Positions 40,906 to 53,008 of a stretch of 64,000 nucleotides of DNA are shown here, piece by piece; position 1 is the stretch's first letter, and the number at the start of each line of letters is the position of its first letter. Where the stretch lies: contig QPGO01000042.1 of the NCBI GenBank assembly GCA_008632985.1, positions 310,001 to 374,000 of the forward strand. The letters run 5' to 3'. The notes beneath the pieces are model-generated. The model worked only from the letters and a program-made list of their open reading frames with translations. It had not been told where the DNA came from and did no database searches. The translations under genes were made by a program, and so were the position numbers. This DNA is from Psammoneis japonica. Taxonomy: Eukaryota.

Positions 40906-41935
40906 TGTTCCACGAGAAGTCATGGTGTGACGATTGTGGCATGGTCGGCTTTCCTGTCAATGTGCTTTGCTGTGGCAGATGCCAATGTGCGCGGGCAAAT
41001 GGCGACAGCGATGACAAGAATGGAGACAAGAGAAAGAAGCATGATGACACTGATTTTGTGTGGCAGCAAGACGTGATGGAAGCACGCGTCAATCAAGATC
41101 GAACTGTGCAATGAAACAAAAACGCAACAAGAATGGCAAGCGACGATGCTGCAACATGCGACGTGTGTTGCGACACATGTCAACAGCATGTCTCTTGAGT
41201 GGCGAACAGACGAGCAACATCATTGATGCGTCACGGTGCTTTGCATTGCTTGCTTCGCACCCATTGATTGACTGTGGCGAGTGTGTGAAAAAATGCCAGA
41301 ACAGCGACCATGCTGAGGTGCACCAGCCGTAGATTTCTGCACAACCGTGCTAAAAAAATTTCCTGCCAAAGGAGGGATGCCTGGGATGAGGCCCAACGCG
41401 GTCCAAAACCCCCATTTTTTACCAAAATGAGTTTCTACCAGCTGGCCGACTGCTGCAACATCACACTGTGTGGTGCTGGTTTCCCGGCCATGGTTTGCAC
41501 AATTGTTGCACAAATCTTTCAGTGTTCAATTGCTGCAGTGCAGTGCTCTCCGTGGAGCTCCTGGCAACATTGTCAGTCCAGCAGAAACAGCACGTGCACT
41601 CCTGCTTAACATGTTTTTAGTGTGCATGTGCATGAAACAGAGAGTGTTTTTGTCTGTGTGTCATTGTTGTCCCTGCTTTGGGTGTGTGTCAGTGATGGCT
41701 CTCACTGCCCAATTGACAGCTGTCATCTGTCTTTGTGCGTCATTGCGTCTGTTTGTCATTCTCTGTTCTGTCTCATGCGAAAACCTGCACAGGCAATCAG
41801 TGCAGCACCGGCGCTCGCTCAGCGCTCACAGATCCTGCACCGGCACTCATTGCGCTCATTCATTCATTGAACGATCACATGATGAGCAACCCGTTTGACA
41901 TGTGCAGCCTGTGGAATTGTCGCCGCCCTTCTGTG
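40906..41935. repeat. Partial copy of the unclassified repeat (homologous to ~47595-48600 and ~16720-17100)
   Basis: Shared stretches from gatgttccacgagaagtca to gatgagcaacccgtttgac. Confidence 0.85.
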
Positions 41936-44479
41936 AATCATCCCAAGAGATGTCTGGTGTCAATTTCAAGAAGGGACAACCCGAATTTTCTGTTTGTTTT
42001 GGTCAACTGGTGCTGTTGGTTGTTGTGCATTTTGTTTTGCCTTTTTCCATTGGCAGCTGATGAATTCTTTGGCTTCATGCTGTTGGCTTTGGGGAGCATT
42101 TGCACTGTTTTGCTGTTGCAGGTGCTCATGAGAGCGCTGCACTGTTTGCTGATGTGGGTGATGACAGCCTTGCAAGTTTTGTTTGTTTGTGCCATTCAAC
42201 CTTTTGACAGTTGTGTGTTTTGTTTTGTCTTGTTCCATTGGCAACTGTTTGAAGTGCGGTTTCCGGCACGGGCAGGAGTGGACGGAGCATCATCTTTGTC
42301 CATCTTTGGGAGGGTCAGGGGGATCTTTGCTGGTGGGGCTGGCCTGCGGCATTGGAGAGATTGTCATGGTGACAAGAACGCAGCACAAAACACACGCAGA
42401 ATTCCACATGTGGAAACCATTGATGTGAAGCTGTGCAGAAAAGTGGCTCATAAATTAACAAATTTGTGGCTTGCAGGCAACAGGCCTGCTTGCCATTTCA
42501 TCTCCACCTGAAGAGGAAATTGCAGATGATCTTTCCGTTGGAACAATTTTGGATCGCTGAAACTGCACCCGACAACCCACTGCTGAAGATGGTGGCGAAC
42601 TCATTTTGACATGCCTGAAAGCTGTGTCAATGAAGAAGACATCAAATTTGTTTGTTCTTCAGATTCTAAGTCAGACAATGTGTGTCAAGTTTGAACGTGG
42701 GTGCTGTTTCACCTGTCAAGGGAGAGCAATCTGATCTGCCTCCAACAGCGCACAAGCAACATTGTCAAAACCTCGTTGCCGGCATTGTTTGCGCGCAAGT
42801 GCGAGCCATCTCTTTTTTTTTTTCCGAGCTGCTGTCTCTGTCTTGATCCCAATCATTTGCACGGGCGTCTTGTGTCTTTACAAAGTTGCATTTGCAATGG
42901 AGCGACAAGAACAAGACAAGCCATTGCACCAATGTTTGTCAAATCACAAGTGCACGAGTGTTGCCATGAATCTGTCATCATTTGATTTTTTTCCTTCATT
43001 GGAGAGTCGGATTGGTTGCATTGCCACAAGGAGAAAACGGACGGCACTTTTCTGAAGAAGATCTTCATTTGTTTCTTGATTGCATGCAGGACAAGTGCTT
43101 GATGGAATCAACACAAAACCGTCCAACGTGGCATGTGCACAATGACTTTGGGAAAGATGTGAAGATGACATTTGGCGAGGCCCTTGCAGAGGTGTGGAAA
43201 GTGGCAAAAGACAAGATGAAAGGGTGTGGAGCGCGGGTGCAGAAAATGATTGGGAAGAGTTTTGATGAAATCGATGATCCCATTGAAGACCTTCTTCTCT
43301 TGCACATGGGTGTTGACCTGCTTGGCTCGCTGTGGCCAGCTCTGCCATTTGGCACAAGACTTGATCAATCTGTGCTTCATTCACCAAGGCCAGCTGGAGA
43401 CTGCCCTCGATTGAAGGCGCCACTTTGTTGGAGTGGAAGGCATGTTGTTTGGAGCCGCACGCATCATTTTCAACCTCATCATCCTTCCATTGTGGTGCGC
43501 ATGATGCATCTTGTTGTTTCATTGTTTTTTACAATGTCACATGATTGAATTCTCATGTTTGATTTCCATGGGTTTTTCATGGTCAAGGACCCTGCTAGAG
43601 TGCGGCATGCCCTGACAAGAAAGTTTGCTTTTTCAATTGTGGTGCATGTGAACATCACACGTCCATTTGTTGAGTCTAACAAAGAAGCAGATTTTTTGCT
43701 GAAGTCTTCTGGATTTCTGCAGGCAATCTCAGTGCAGTCTGCACGTCACCCCCAAAGGTGGAAAAAGCACGAAGAACCTGTTCTGCACAGAGTCTCACTC
43801 GCGCGATGTCGCGCATGAACATCCCAGATTTTCTTGCAGCAGGAGCTTGTTTTCTGAACAACAAGCAGTTTTCAGGTGAGCAGAAGCAGATTGAACAGAT
43901 TTTGAGCCATTTGGCAAAAAACGTCATGATGTCGGAAGTTGAGTTTTTCGGTGACACTTGTGAATGGTCTTGACAACCAACTCCTTCAGCATTGATGCAG
44001 TCTTCTTCTCATTTGCTTTTCCGGTGAGTCTGTGAAACATCTCAGTCCATGAGATCATCTCAAAGTGCCTGTGTTTAGCACATTGTGCGTCATTTGTTCA
44101 TCGTCTCTTTTCTCTCGTTCTGCCTGCAGCACACACTGCACTGTTGTTTCCAAATCATTGGTTTGCACAATCTGCCGGAAACACATCCTCTTGGCATCTC
44201 ATGCATTGGCACCGGCACCTGCACAAAACAGCAAATGTGAAAGTCTGCCACACACTGCACTTTTGCTTTGCTGATCTGTTTCGCCCAGTCAACTGCATCC
44301 ACTTTTCCCATGCAAAGTCTTTGACATCAGAAAAAGTCTGCTTCCAGCTCGTGGTCATCTCAATGCATGGTGTGCAATGAAGTGTCGTCCGAGTGTGCAT
44401 CTGCTGAGTGATCGTTGAAGTCAGTGGCCAACTCCTCATCAAACCTTTCACCGAAAACAGTGGTTTCTTGCGGACTCGA

Positions 44480-47400
44480 GGACCTGATGCATTGCTCTCA
44501 CTCACAGCAACTCCACGGCCTCTTCCTCGGGGATGTTGCTCTCTGTAGATTCGACGGTGTCAACTGAAGCAGTGCCGGTGGGGTTCGTCAAGCCTGGTGC
44601 ATTGTTCTCACTCGTTTCCAATGCAGCAGCCTCTTGCTCAGCGTTGTCGCTCTTTGTGGGCTCGACGGCATCAACTGAAACAGCACTGGTGGGCTTCGTC
44701 AAGACTGACTCTGGCTGATCCTTCTCAGTCACATCAGCAGCCATCGTCACGGTCGATGCCACAAATGCCAAAGCCTTCCTCTTGTTTGATTCCTTCCCAG
44801 AAACGGGAGTGGCGTTGTAATTGGCAACAAGACGCGAGCAATGGACCTCGCAAGTGCCATTTTTTGGTTCTCTTTGCCACGAGTGCTCCCTTCCAATTCA
44901 GCTCTGGCTGTTGCAGCTGCTGCACGCTCCTCGTCAGAGACCTGGTGCTTTTCGCGAATGGTCCAAATTTTCTGACTCTTGGCTGCCCTCGCCAAGTGCT
45001 TTTCTGCCGTTGCACAGCACTGACATTTCCAGCAAAGCAGGGCCCGGCCACACAACTCGTTGAACCAATCGTTGTGTTTGTCACCTCTTTTTTGGATGTC
45101 TCGACTTTCTTTGGTTGACTTTTTGCGAATTCCGCGGCTCTGTTGGTCTTGCTCCTTGGCGGCCCTTTTCCTCTTCCGTTCTGAATGAAGAGCATGGTCA
45201 GTGGCAAGTTCTTTTTGTCGACGGTCCTGGTGGTGCCGTTGCTTGATGCGTTCCTTGTTCTGCACAATGATGAGACCAAGTGTTGCGACTTCTGTCTCAC
45301 GCACTTGCCTCGCGTGTTCACGATGATGCTCGACCCTCCCTTCTAGTGCATCGAGGCGTTCCTGCTGCTCACCGGAAAGGCTGCTCAAGCTTTGAAGGTG
45401 CGCCAACTCGCAACGCTCCATTTTGCGATGGCATCGCTGACAAACAAAATGGCCAGCACGGACCCCTGTCATTGACCCTGCGCAAACCATGGTCCGAGAA
45501 TCATTGTCCACATTTTCGTCATCAGCCGAACAAGGGCACACTTCGGCGGGAATGTCAGCAATGGCGGGGGGGNNNNNNNNNGGGGGCAGGGCAGCTCCAG
45601 TGAAGACTCCAAGGTGAGATTGGAACAGAGTCGCCATCCGTTGCCAGCTTGAGGTCATGAGCTTCCAACAGCTTGCAAAAGTTCCGTTCGGATGGAGACA
45701 TGCCGAGCCACAACGCATCGTGGCAATTGAGGTTCAATTGTTTGGAGACCAGCAATGCACCCTCCTTTGGTCCAGCAAAGTGTCCTTTGGGCATGGCAAG
45801 GAGTTGCGCCTTGTAGAAGCAATCGTCTTTGCACTTGTCAGTGTCTCATTTGCTGCAACTCATCAGGAACGACTGGAGAAGCTTGTGTTGATTCTGCACG
45901 TTTTCCGCCGAGACGATTCCGGACGCCGACAGTAATTCTAAAAACGATCGATGCACTTTGACAGAATTAAAACGATGTTGGTGCAACGTCTCTTCGGCAA
46001 AAGCGACAAAGAAAGATGACGTGATGATGATGCGGTGTTTCGTCGATCAAGAACAGACAAGACAAAGTGCGCGGTTGGGCAAGACATCAATGCTCTTGTC
46101 CACGTCGACCGTCTCTTGGAACCATTTGCCATGTTTTTCTCCAAAGTGGCAACAGTGCTCCGCTCAATGACAATGACATTGTTGGTCGGCATTGACTGCA
46201 GAAGCCGTTGCAGGACGTCACGTGCACCTTTTGCGAGAGATTCCGTAGTTGGATGTACGCAGTGACTCTTGTTTGCCCCCTGCAACTTCGTCATGACGTT
46301 TCCAATGACCTTTTTGTTTTCATTTGTCATCGGCTTGGCCAAAGACGTCTTCAACTCGACAAGCGCTTCTTTCAATTGGAGCTCACGTGGACTCGTCTTG
46401 ATGGAGTCTTCGAAACCCCGCAGTGATGTTCCCCAACAGACTCCATGGCTCGATTGTTTGTGATGAAGCCTCCCTTGGGTGGTGGAGGCAAGAGCATGCG
46501 CTGAAGAAACTCGTTGGTCTTGGACATTTCTTGTGATTGGCGCGGGAGTGTTGGCCAAGAAAACTGAAAGAATGTCCCACTTGGTGGAATGGGCACATCA
46601 ACCATGAGTGCCTTGGCAGCGTCGTCGATGGGAGCCGGTGCCAGGGTGTCCAGGACTTTGGACAATGGCAATGCGACAAGCCTCTCTCCGACGGGTCCCC
46701 ACTTGCATTCAAACAGAGATGACGCCACTGCTTCTGCCACCTGCATCATGATGAGATCGTCAATCTCCTGTTGATGATCTGGATGCACGGCGAGGCCATC
46801 CAGTTCCAGAGCTTTGATGTCGGAGAAGTTGCTTGGGAAGGAGCTCGTAAATCCGTTTTTGATCTAAAAGGCGTGCGGCGAATTGAATGTCTGTTTGTTG
46901 TTCGATGCGTGTGCGGCAGAGGATGACGCTCCAATCTTGATTTGTCCATCGGCTCGGACAATGACGTAGATGCCCATCTCATCATCTCCCAAGGCGACTG
47001 GCTGCCACCATTCCTCGTGAAGCTTTCCCTTGTTGTTCTCGCATTCTTGTCACAGGTGTTGCACCAAGCGTTGTTTGAGCAGCTCAGTTTTGTTGGTCGT
47101 GACGGATGTCGATCTGTCGCCACCTGTGGCAACACGGGCCGCAAGTGAAGCCGTTCAGACAAATCTTGAATCGCATCGTTCAGCTCCGTGCAGGTCTTGG
47201 GAGTCTTTGGAGAGAACTTTTTGCCTTCCCATTCGACCACTGGTTTCTTCTTCACCACCTTGAAGTTGGCAACAGCGGCAAGAGTGCACAGCACAATGAA
47301 GGTGCGGTGCAGAGCGCGCAGCATTGTCAATCTGCATCGATGCGAAGAACTCGACAAAGCAGTTGGACGAAATGTGACAACAATGATCGGCACATGTGGC

Positions 47401-48749
47401 GTCATGGTTCTTTGCTTGCCTTGTTGCTGTTGCAGTGGTGACAGCTGCGGCAAACAAATGGTTGTGATGTCGATTCACAGGAGCAGCAGCCGTCTGAAAC
47501 TTGGTGTGCGGAGTCGTAACGGCTCTCCACAAAAGAGAGCAACAAGTCGATTCAACCTGCGGAAAGCAGATGGAAGCACGGTGTGGTTGTCAGTGATGTT
47601 CCACGAGAAGTCACGGTGCAATGATTACGGCATGGTCGGCTTTCCTGTCAATGTGCTTTGATTGCTGTGGCAGACGCCAATGTGCACGGGCAAATGGCAA
47701 CAGCGACAATGAGAATGGAGATGAGAGAAAGAAGCGTGATGACATTGATTTTGCATGGCAGCAAGCACGTGATGGAAGTGCGCATCAATCAAGATCAAAC
47801 TGTGCAACGAACCAAAAACGCAACAAGAACGGCAAGCGACGATGCTGCAACCATGCGACGTGTGTTGCGATGCACGTCAACAGCATGTCTCTTGAGTGGC
47901 GAATGGACGAGCGTCATCGTTGATGCACCATGGTGCTTTGCACTGCTTGCTTCGCACCTCGTTGATTGATTGTGGCGAGTGTGCGAAAAAAATGCCAGAA
48001 CGGTGACAGTGCTGAGGTGCGCCAGCTGTAGATTTCTACACAACCGCACTAAAAAAAATTTCCCGCCAAAGGAGGGATGCTGGGATGAGGCCCAACGCGG
48101 TCCAAAACCCCATTTTTCGCCAAAATGAGTTTCCACTGGCCCCAGCAGCCGACTGCTGTAACATCACACTGTGCAACACTGGTTTCCCGGCTGTGGTTTG
48201 CACAATTGTCATGCAAATCTTTCAGTGTTTGATTGCTGCAATGCAGTGCGCGCCGCGGAGCTCCTGGCAACATCGTCAGTCCGGCAGAAACAGCACGTGC
48301 ACTCCTGCTTGACATGTTTTTGGTGTGCATCTGCATGAAACAGAGAACATTTTTGTCTGCGCATCATTGTTGTCCCTGCATCAGGTGTGCATCAGTGATG
48401 GCTGCAGCCCAGTCGATGGCCGTCATCTGTCTTGGTGTGTCATGACGTCTGCTCGCCGCTCTCTGTTCTGACTCGCGCGAAAACCTGCGCAGCACCGGCA
48501 CTTGCATGCACCGGCGCTCATCATTCATTCATTGAACGATCACACCCACGATGAGCAACCCGTTTGACGTGTGCAGCCTGTGGAATGATCACCTCCCTTC
48601 TGCAGCATGATTGCACGCCATTTGTGACAGTCAGTTAAGCTTGGACACCATGTCTGTCCTTCTGTCTCAATTTTAGCTTATAATAAATAAATTTTTGGCA
48701 TGCAGATAACAGGCCTGCTCGCCATTCATCTCCACCTGAAGAGGAAATC
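44480..48749 (-). mobile_element. Unclassified repeat, copy B, with a disrupted minus-strand ORF containing a GIY..KIG motif, coiled coil and Cys-rich region
   Basis: Reverse complement of 46921-46977 reads MGIYVIVRADGQIKIGASS; ORF fragments 44747-47453; ends at gaggaaatc directly before tRNA-Met. Left boundary uncertain. Confidence 0.65.
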
Positions 48750-48822
48750 GCTCCTTTAGCTCAGTAGGTAGAGCGTCGGTCTCATAATCCGGAGGTCGCC
48801 AGTTCGATCCTGGCAGGGAGCA
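48750..48822 (+). tRNA. tRNA-Met (CAT), elongator type
   Basis: GCTCCTT/AGGGAGC acceptor stem, TAGCTCAGTAGGTAGAGC D arm, CTCATAA anticodon loop, GTTCGATCC T loop; T6 run ~8 bp downstream. Confidence 0.95.
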
Positions 48823-49237
48823 TGCCTGAATTTTTGTTCCTGCATGGTACAGTGCAGTGCAGACTGGAGGTGTCAGCCTTGTGTGCTGCACACCGCACAA
48901 GTAACGTTATTTCAAAAACACACTCCTTTTATTACCCACAAAGAGCTTGTTGAACACATCTGGAAGTCACCAGTTCGTCGATCTGGCAGGGAGCAACCAG
49001 GGTGACTCCTCGTACGGTATGTAGGTAGTATGTACCATCGCTCGTAGATCGTCTGTCGTCGTTCGTACGGTAAAAGTTCAAAACAAACTCGTTTCACAGA
49101 ACAAAGTAACAAGATTCACAGACAGGGCGTGCTTTTTGTTACTGTATGTCATGCTTTACATAATAAGCAGACGTTTGCCTAGATCGCTGATCGATAGAAC
49201 AGCAGCCTACTGTCGTTGCTAAGCTAAGGTAAAAGAA

Positions 49238-50297
49238 TCAAATGTCTTTCTTACTTCCAAATCCCATGGGAGAAGACGACATTTCCATCTCGTGTGGGCT
49301 ACTGAATCCGTCATCCCCATCGCCGTCAAGAAGACCACGCTGTTCGCTCGCGGTCGCGCTTTGCCCGCCCGTTCCACCGCCCTGACCGTTCCTGCGGGCA
49401 CTCATGTTAGCATTCCACTGGGCTGCCAGCATTGTCAAGCGTTTCTTTGCATTTTCGCCCATTTCTGGAAAAGGGTAGTCACTTAAAGGATTAGCCGGAG
49501 GAAGCGTACAGCTGTACAGTCGATTCAGCACTGACAAAGCAATTCGCGGTACTTACCTGACAATTTATCCATAATGGGAGGACCATCAGCACTTGTTCGT
49601 CTCTGACCGGTTACTGACGAGGCGCTAACTTGTCCTTGACGCGCTGAATGATTCGTAGGCCTCCCACCGACTGTGCGGGGCCTATTCCGTGATAGATGAG
49701 CGAACTCCGGATTATTTGCAAGCTCCTTTGTTGGCCAAGCATCGCAAGCAGAAAGGTGTAGGAAATAGTACAAGAGAGAAGGGTGAGAAAAATCGAGCAA
49801 GGGAGGCAGTCGCGGTAAATTCAATAAGATTGGAATAGGTAACGAGGCCTACTTGCCTGAGAAAAGAGTTCGTCCTGCAGCATGCGGGCCAACCTTTCGT
49901 CAGCATCCACGCCACCTGTACTAGGAATCTTATATCCTGGTATGCGTAGGAAATCCGGCGGAAGTTCCGTTGGGGTTCCGCGACCCTTTGGTTTGGGGGC
50001 AGTCTCAGGTCGTGACTGTGATGAACTGTGGCTGCTACGTTCTCGTTCTTCCTCTTCCAGCTGCCTCGCCAATTCTTCGTCCATACTGGTAGAGGCATTC
50101 GTTCCGGACTTCTCGCCATTCTTGAGACGATCGAGAAGAACTTGGGGGTCGCCATCGCCATGCCCGAGCACAGTCTCGACAGTATTCTCCATGTGTCCTT
50201 CGTGGTGCCTCAAAACAGCATCCAAACTCTCTTCGTTCCATGGTGACCCGAACATGGACGTCAACGTGGCCAGCGCTTCCTCATACGTGATCGACAT
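49238..50297 (-). CDS. CUE (ubiquitin-binding) domain protein; exons 50297-49857, 49725-49557, 49464-49238
   Basis: N-terminus EEALATLTSMF..LDAVLRHHEGHMENTVETVL; DEELARQL and DERLARMLQDELF motifs; frame-preserving splice sites. Confidence 0.85.
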
Positions 50298-50952
50298 GTT
50301 CCTTCTCTTCTTGCGATAGGCTCTCAGCACAGATATTGCTTGGCACTTCTAACGCACTCCTTTAATTATCTTCTTACGATAAGCTCTCCGCAGAGCCGAG
50401 TTCCCTGACACACTTCTAACGAAGTCCTTGTGTATGGTACTAACTCTCAGTCGCATTCACGCCTTTTTCATACTTCGACCGAGTGAAGCATGATGATGAT
50501 GTTGCTCGCTTTTCACGTCGAAGTTGGTCGAAGCTCGAACCGCAACCTGCCTTGCGCTCGAAGGATCGCGCGCTCGAGCAAGGAAGCGAGCACGCATGCC
50601 AAATCAATCGTCATTATTACGTCATCATCCTTCACGCGCACGAACGCACGCACATCAAACCACAGGATCAAGGATCACACAAAGCGCAATGGTCGACAAC
50701 ACATTGCATTCAAGCATCATCGTTCTCTCCGCATTTCGTGTTTCGTCGCTGTTCACCACCATCTTTACCCTATCGTGACCGAAATTTGCGAGCTGCTGAG
50801 CGTTTCTCTGTTACTTTTTCTATTTTCTTCTAAAATCTTCGCGTGATTTTTTGTGTTGCGGGCGGTGTATTGGATTATCTATCTTCCATTCAAGCTCGAC
50901 ATTTTATGGATCCTTGATCACTTATTGTCGGGTTCAAAGACTGTAGCAAAGA

Positions 50953-52421
50953 ATGCCTTCTTCATCTTCATCATCAGAAATAGCTTCAGAGAAAACCGAG
51001 ATCCTAAGCGAAGAAAACAGCGCGGTGCTGGCAAGTGCGAGGAACGACGATAATGCTTCCAATGAATCTAACGACGCTGCTCCCACTGCACCCAAAGACA
51101 ATATCGTATCCCGAGGTGATATTGGCCAATCGTCGGTTCATTCCATTGATGATGATGTTAGTATTACAGAGAGACGAGACTTTAGAGGGCTGACAGCAAA
51201 GAGTATGCACTCTTTCTCCGACTTCGTCAATGATCACCTCGTCGCTCTTCGATACAGTACTTTCGCGTCGATTGCTCTTCTTACGGCTTATTCGATTTCG
51301 AAAACTCCGCTTCTCTTCCGATATAAAACAGTGTCTGATATCCCTGGTAAGTGACTGTTTGCGATGCATACAAAGATCGTGTTGCTTAGCTAGCTTTTAG
51401 TTCAAAACATCCTTCCTATCTTCTCACTACAGGTTCTCTTTTCACATCTCGAAAGACTCTTCATGGGAGATTGGTTCGTGTGATTGAAGAAGATAGTGAC
51501 TTTGTGAAAGGTATGCTCAATGCTCTTTCTCATTTGTACGAGACTTTTGGCCACACGACTCTGAAACTTTCCGAAAATTAACATGGCTTTTTCCTGTTTC
51601 AGGTGACAAAGAAAAGCCGATTATTTGTCTTGTACGGCATGTTTCGCCGATAGGCAGACTATTGAGTAGAAATGCGTTCGATTTCTTCCACCGGGCGAGT
51701 CCAGCCGCGACGATTGGGAAACGAATGGATGATGAAGCTGAGTTACTCAAAGTGGAAATTGGTAGGTTAGCTCAACCGTTCTTACAATAACTCCGATAAT
51801 GTTCGACCTAAACTGGCAGCATCATTTCCTGTTGTATGCTTGTTCCTTCCGACAACAGCTGGAGTCACTTCGCCTCCATTCTACATTGCGCCATCTCATA
51901 TGGAGCAACCAGGAGAGTGGATACGGCGTTTAGCAGAGCAGCGTGCATGTGTAGCTCTGAAGTTACTTGCCAGGCGAGTCAAGACCCGAGAAACGACAAT
52001 GGCAAAACGCGACGCTGCCGCAGCCTTTCCGGAACTTCGTGATGTCTTTGAGAAGGAAAGTATCGATCCTCATGATCAGATTGCGGTATGTCGGATGGGG
52101 TACCGAAGTGGGTTTAGTTTGTTTCAAACCGACGTGGCAATGTCTATGGTGCGAAGCGGACGCGCCGTTGTCTCGTCCAACTTGTACGTTCCGGATGAAT
52201 CAAGGATCACTGTAGACGCCACCACTCGTCTCGAGGACTTGAAATCAGATGCCGCATACTTGGAAAAGGTTGCTAATGGAGAATTCGAAGCTGCAAACAA
52301 GTACTTGGGTATGTGGGCTGATCCAAAAATTCGAGACGATCACAAACACACGGTAGACGAAGCCAATTTTCAAGCGACCGCGAATATTTTTCAAAGACTG
52401 TGGAGATGGCTGAGAGGATAG
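50953..52421 (+). CDS. C3orf33-like / SNase-fold membrane-anchored protein; exons 50953-51346, 51433-51510, 51603-51761, 51859-52421
   Basis: TM segment, then RYKTVSDIP..RKTLHGRLVRV; C-terminal EAANKYLGMW; GT-AG introns keep the frame. Confidence 0.7.
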
Positions 52422-52516
52422 TTTAAGATGAAATTGAAGGTAGTAATGCAGTGTCCATTTCTCTATATTCAATCAATACCAGGTACGGTTCTTGTCGAGC
52501 GAAGAGCGAAGCTTCT

Positions 52517-53008
52517 TTACGCGCCGCTGGTTCCCTTGTACGTCATGAGCCAGTAGAGAAAGACCATGACACCAACGACAAACGCAACCATATAACACAT
52601 GTGCTTTGCTCCACCGCTCTCTAGCATAGTTCCGATGCGCTGAAGAGAGCCGGTCAACATGTCTCTCGTGGCCGAGAAAGCATCTCCCATATCGTCCAGC
52701 GATCTGTTTTGCTCTCGAACTTCGTTTCCAATATCGATCGTAAGTCCTTTGAGGAGAGCTACTTGGTCTCCAAGCTCTGAGAGGCGTTCATTGTTCTGTT
52801 GCTCCATAATGTTAGCATTCGTGTCGCTGACACTCATTCCGCCACGGCTGCTCCTCCCGCTCTCGAGACGCGACGGGTCATAGCCGCTGCTACTTCCTCG
52901 TTTTCCGTACATATTGCTGTCGTTATTCCCAAAGTGGCCGTTTCCGCTGTTCGGTGTGCTCCCAGTACTTCCGCTTCGACGTTGGTGCATTGGCAGGGAC
53001 GATGACAT
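52517..53008 (-). CDS. BET1: BET1-like Qc-SNARE
   Basis: MEQQNNERLSEL..LKGLTIDIGNEVREQN SNARE motif plus C-terminal TM. Confidence 0.88.
   Translation of the reverse strand: MSSSLPMHQRRSGSTGSTPNSGNGHFGNNDSNMYGKRGSSSGYDPSRLESGRSSRGGMSVSDTNANIMEQQNNERLSELGDQVALLKGLTIDIGNEVREQNRSLDDMGDAFSATRDMLTGSLQRIGTMLESGGAKHMCYMVAFVVGVMVFLYWLMTYKGTSGA

Noticed and set aside
610..48690. Hundreds of Cys/His-rich short ORFs as metal-binding proteins
   Set aside because: Artefact of TA loss, which removes TAA/TAG stops and converts Tyr to Cys/His.
610..48690. Alternative genetic code or classical fungal RIP as the explanation
   Set aside because: Adjacent host genes use Tyr and TAA/TAG normally, non-coding LTRs are equally affected, and RIP raises TpA rather than lowering it.
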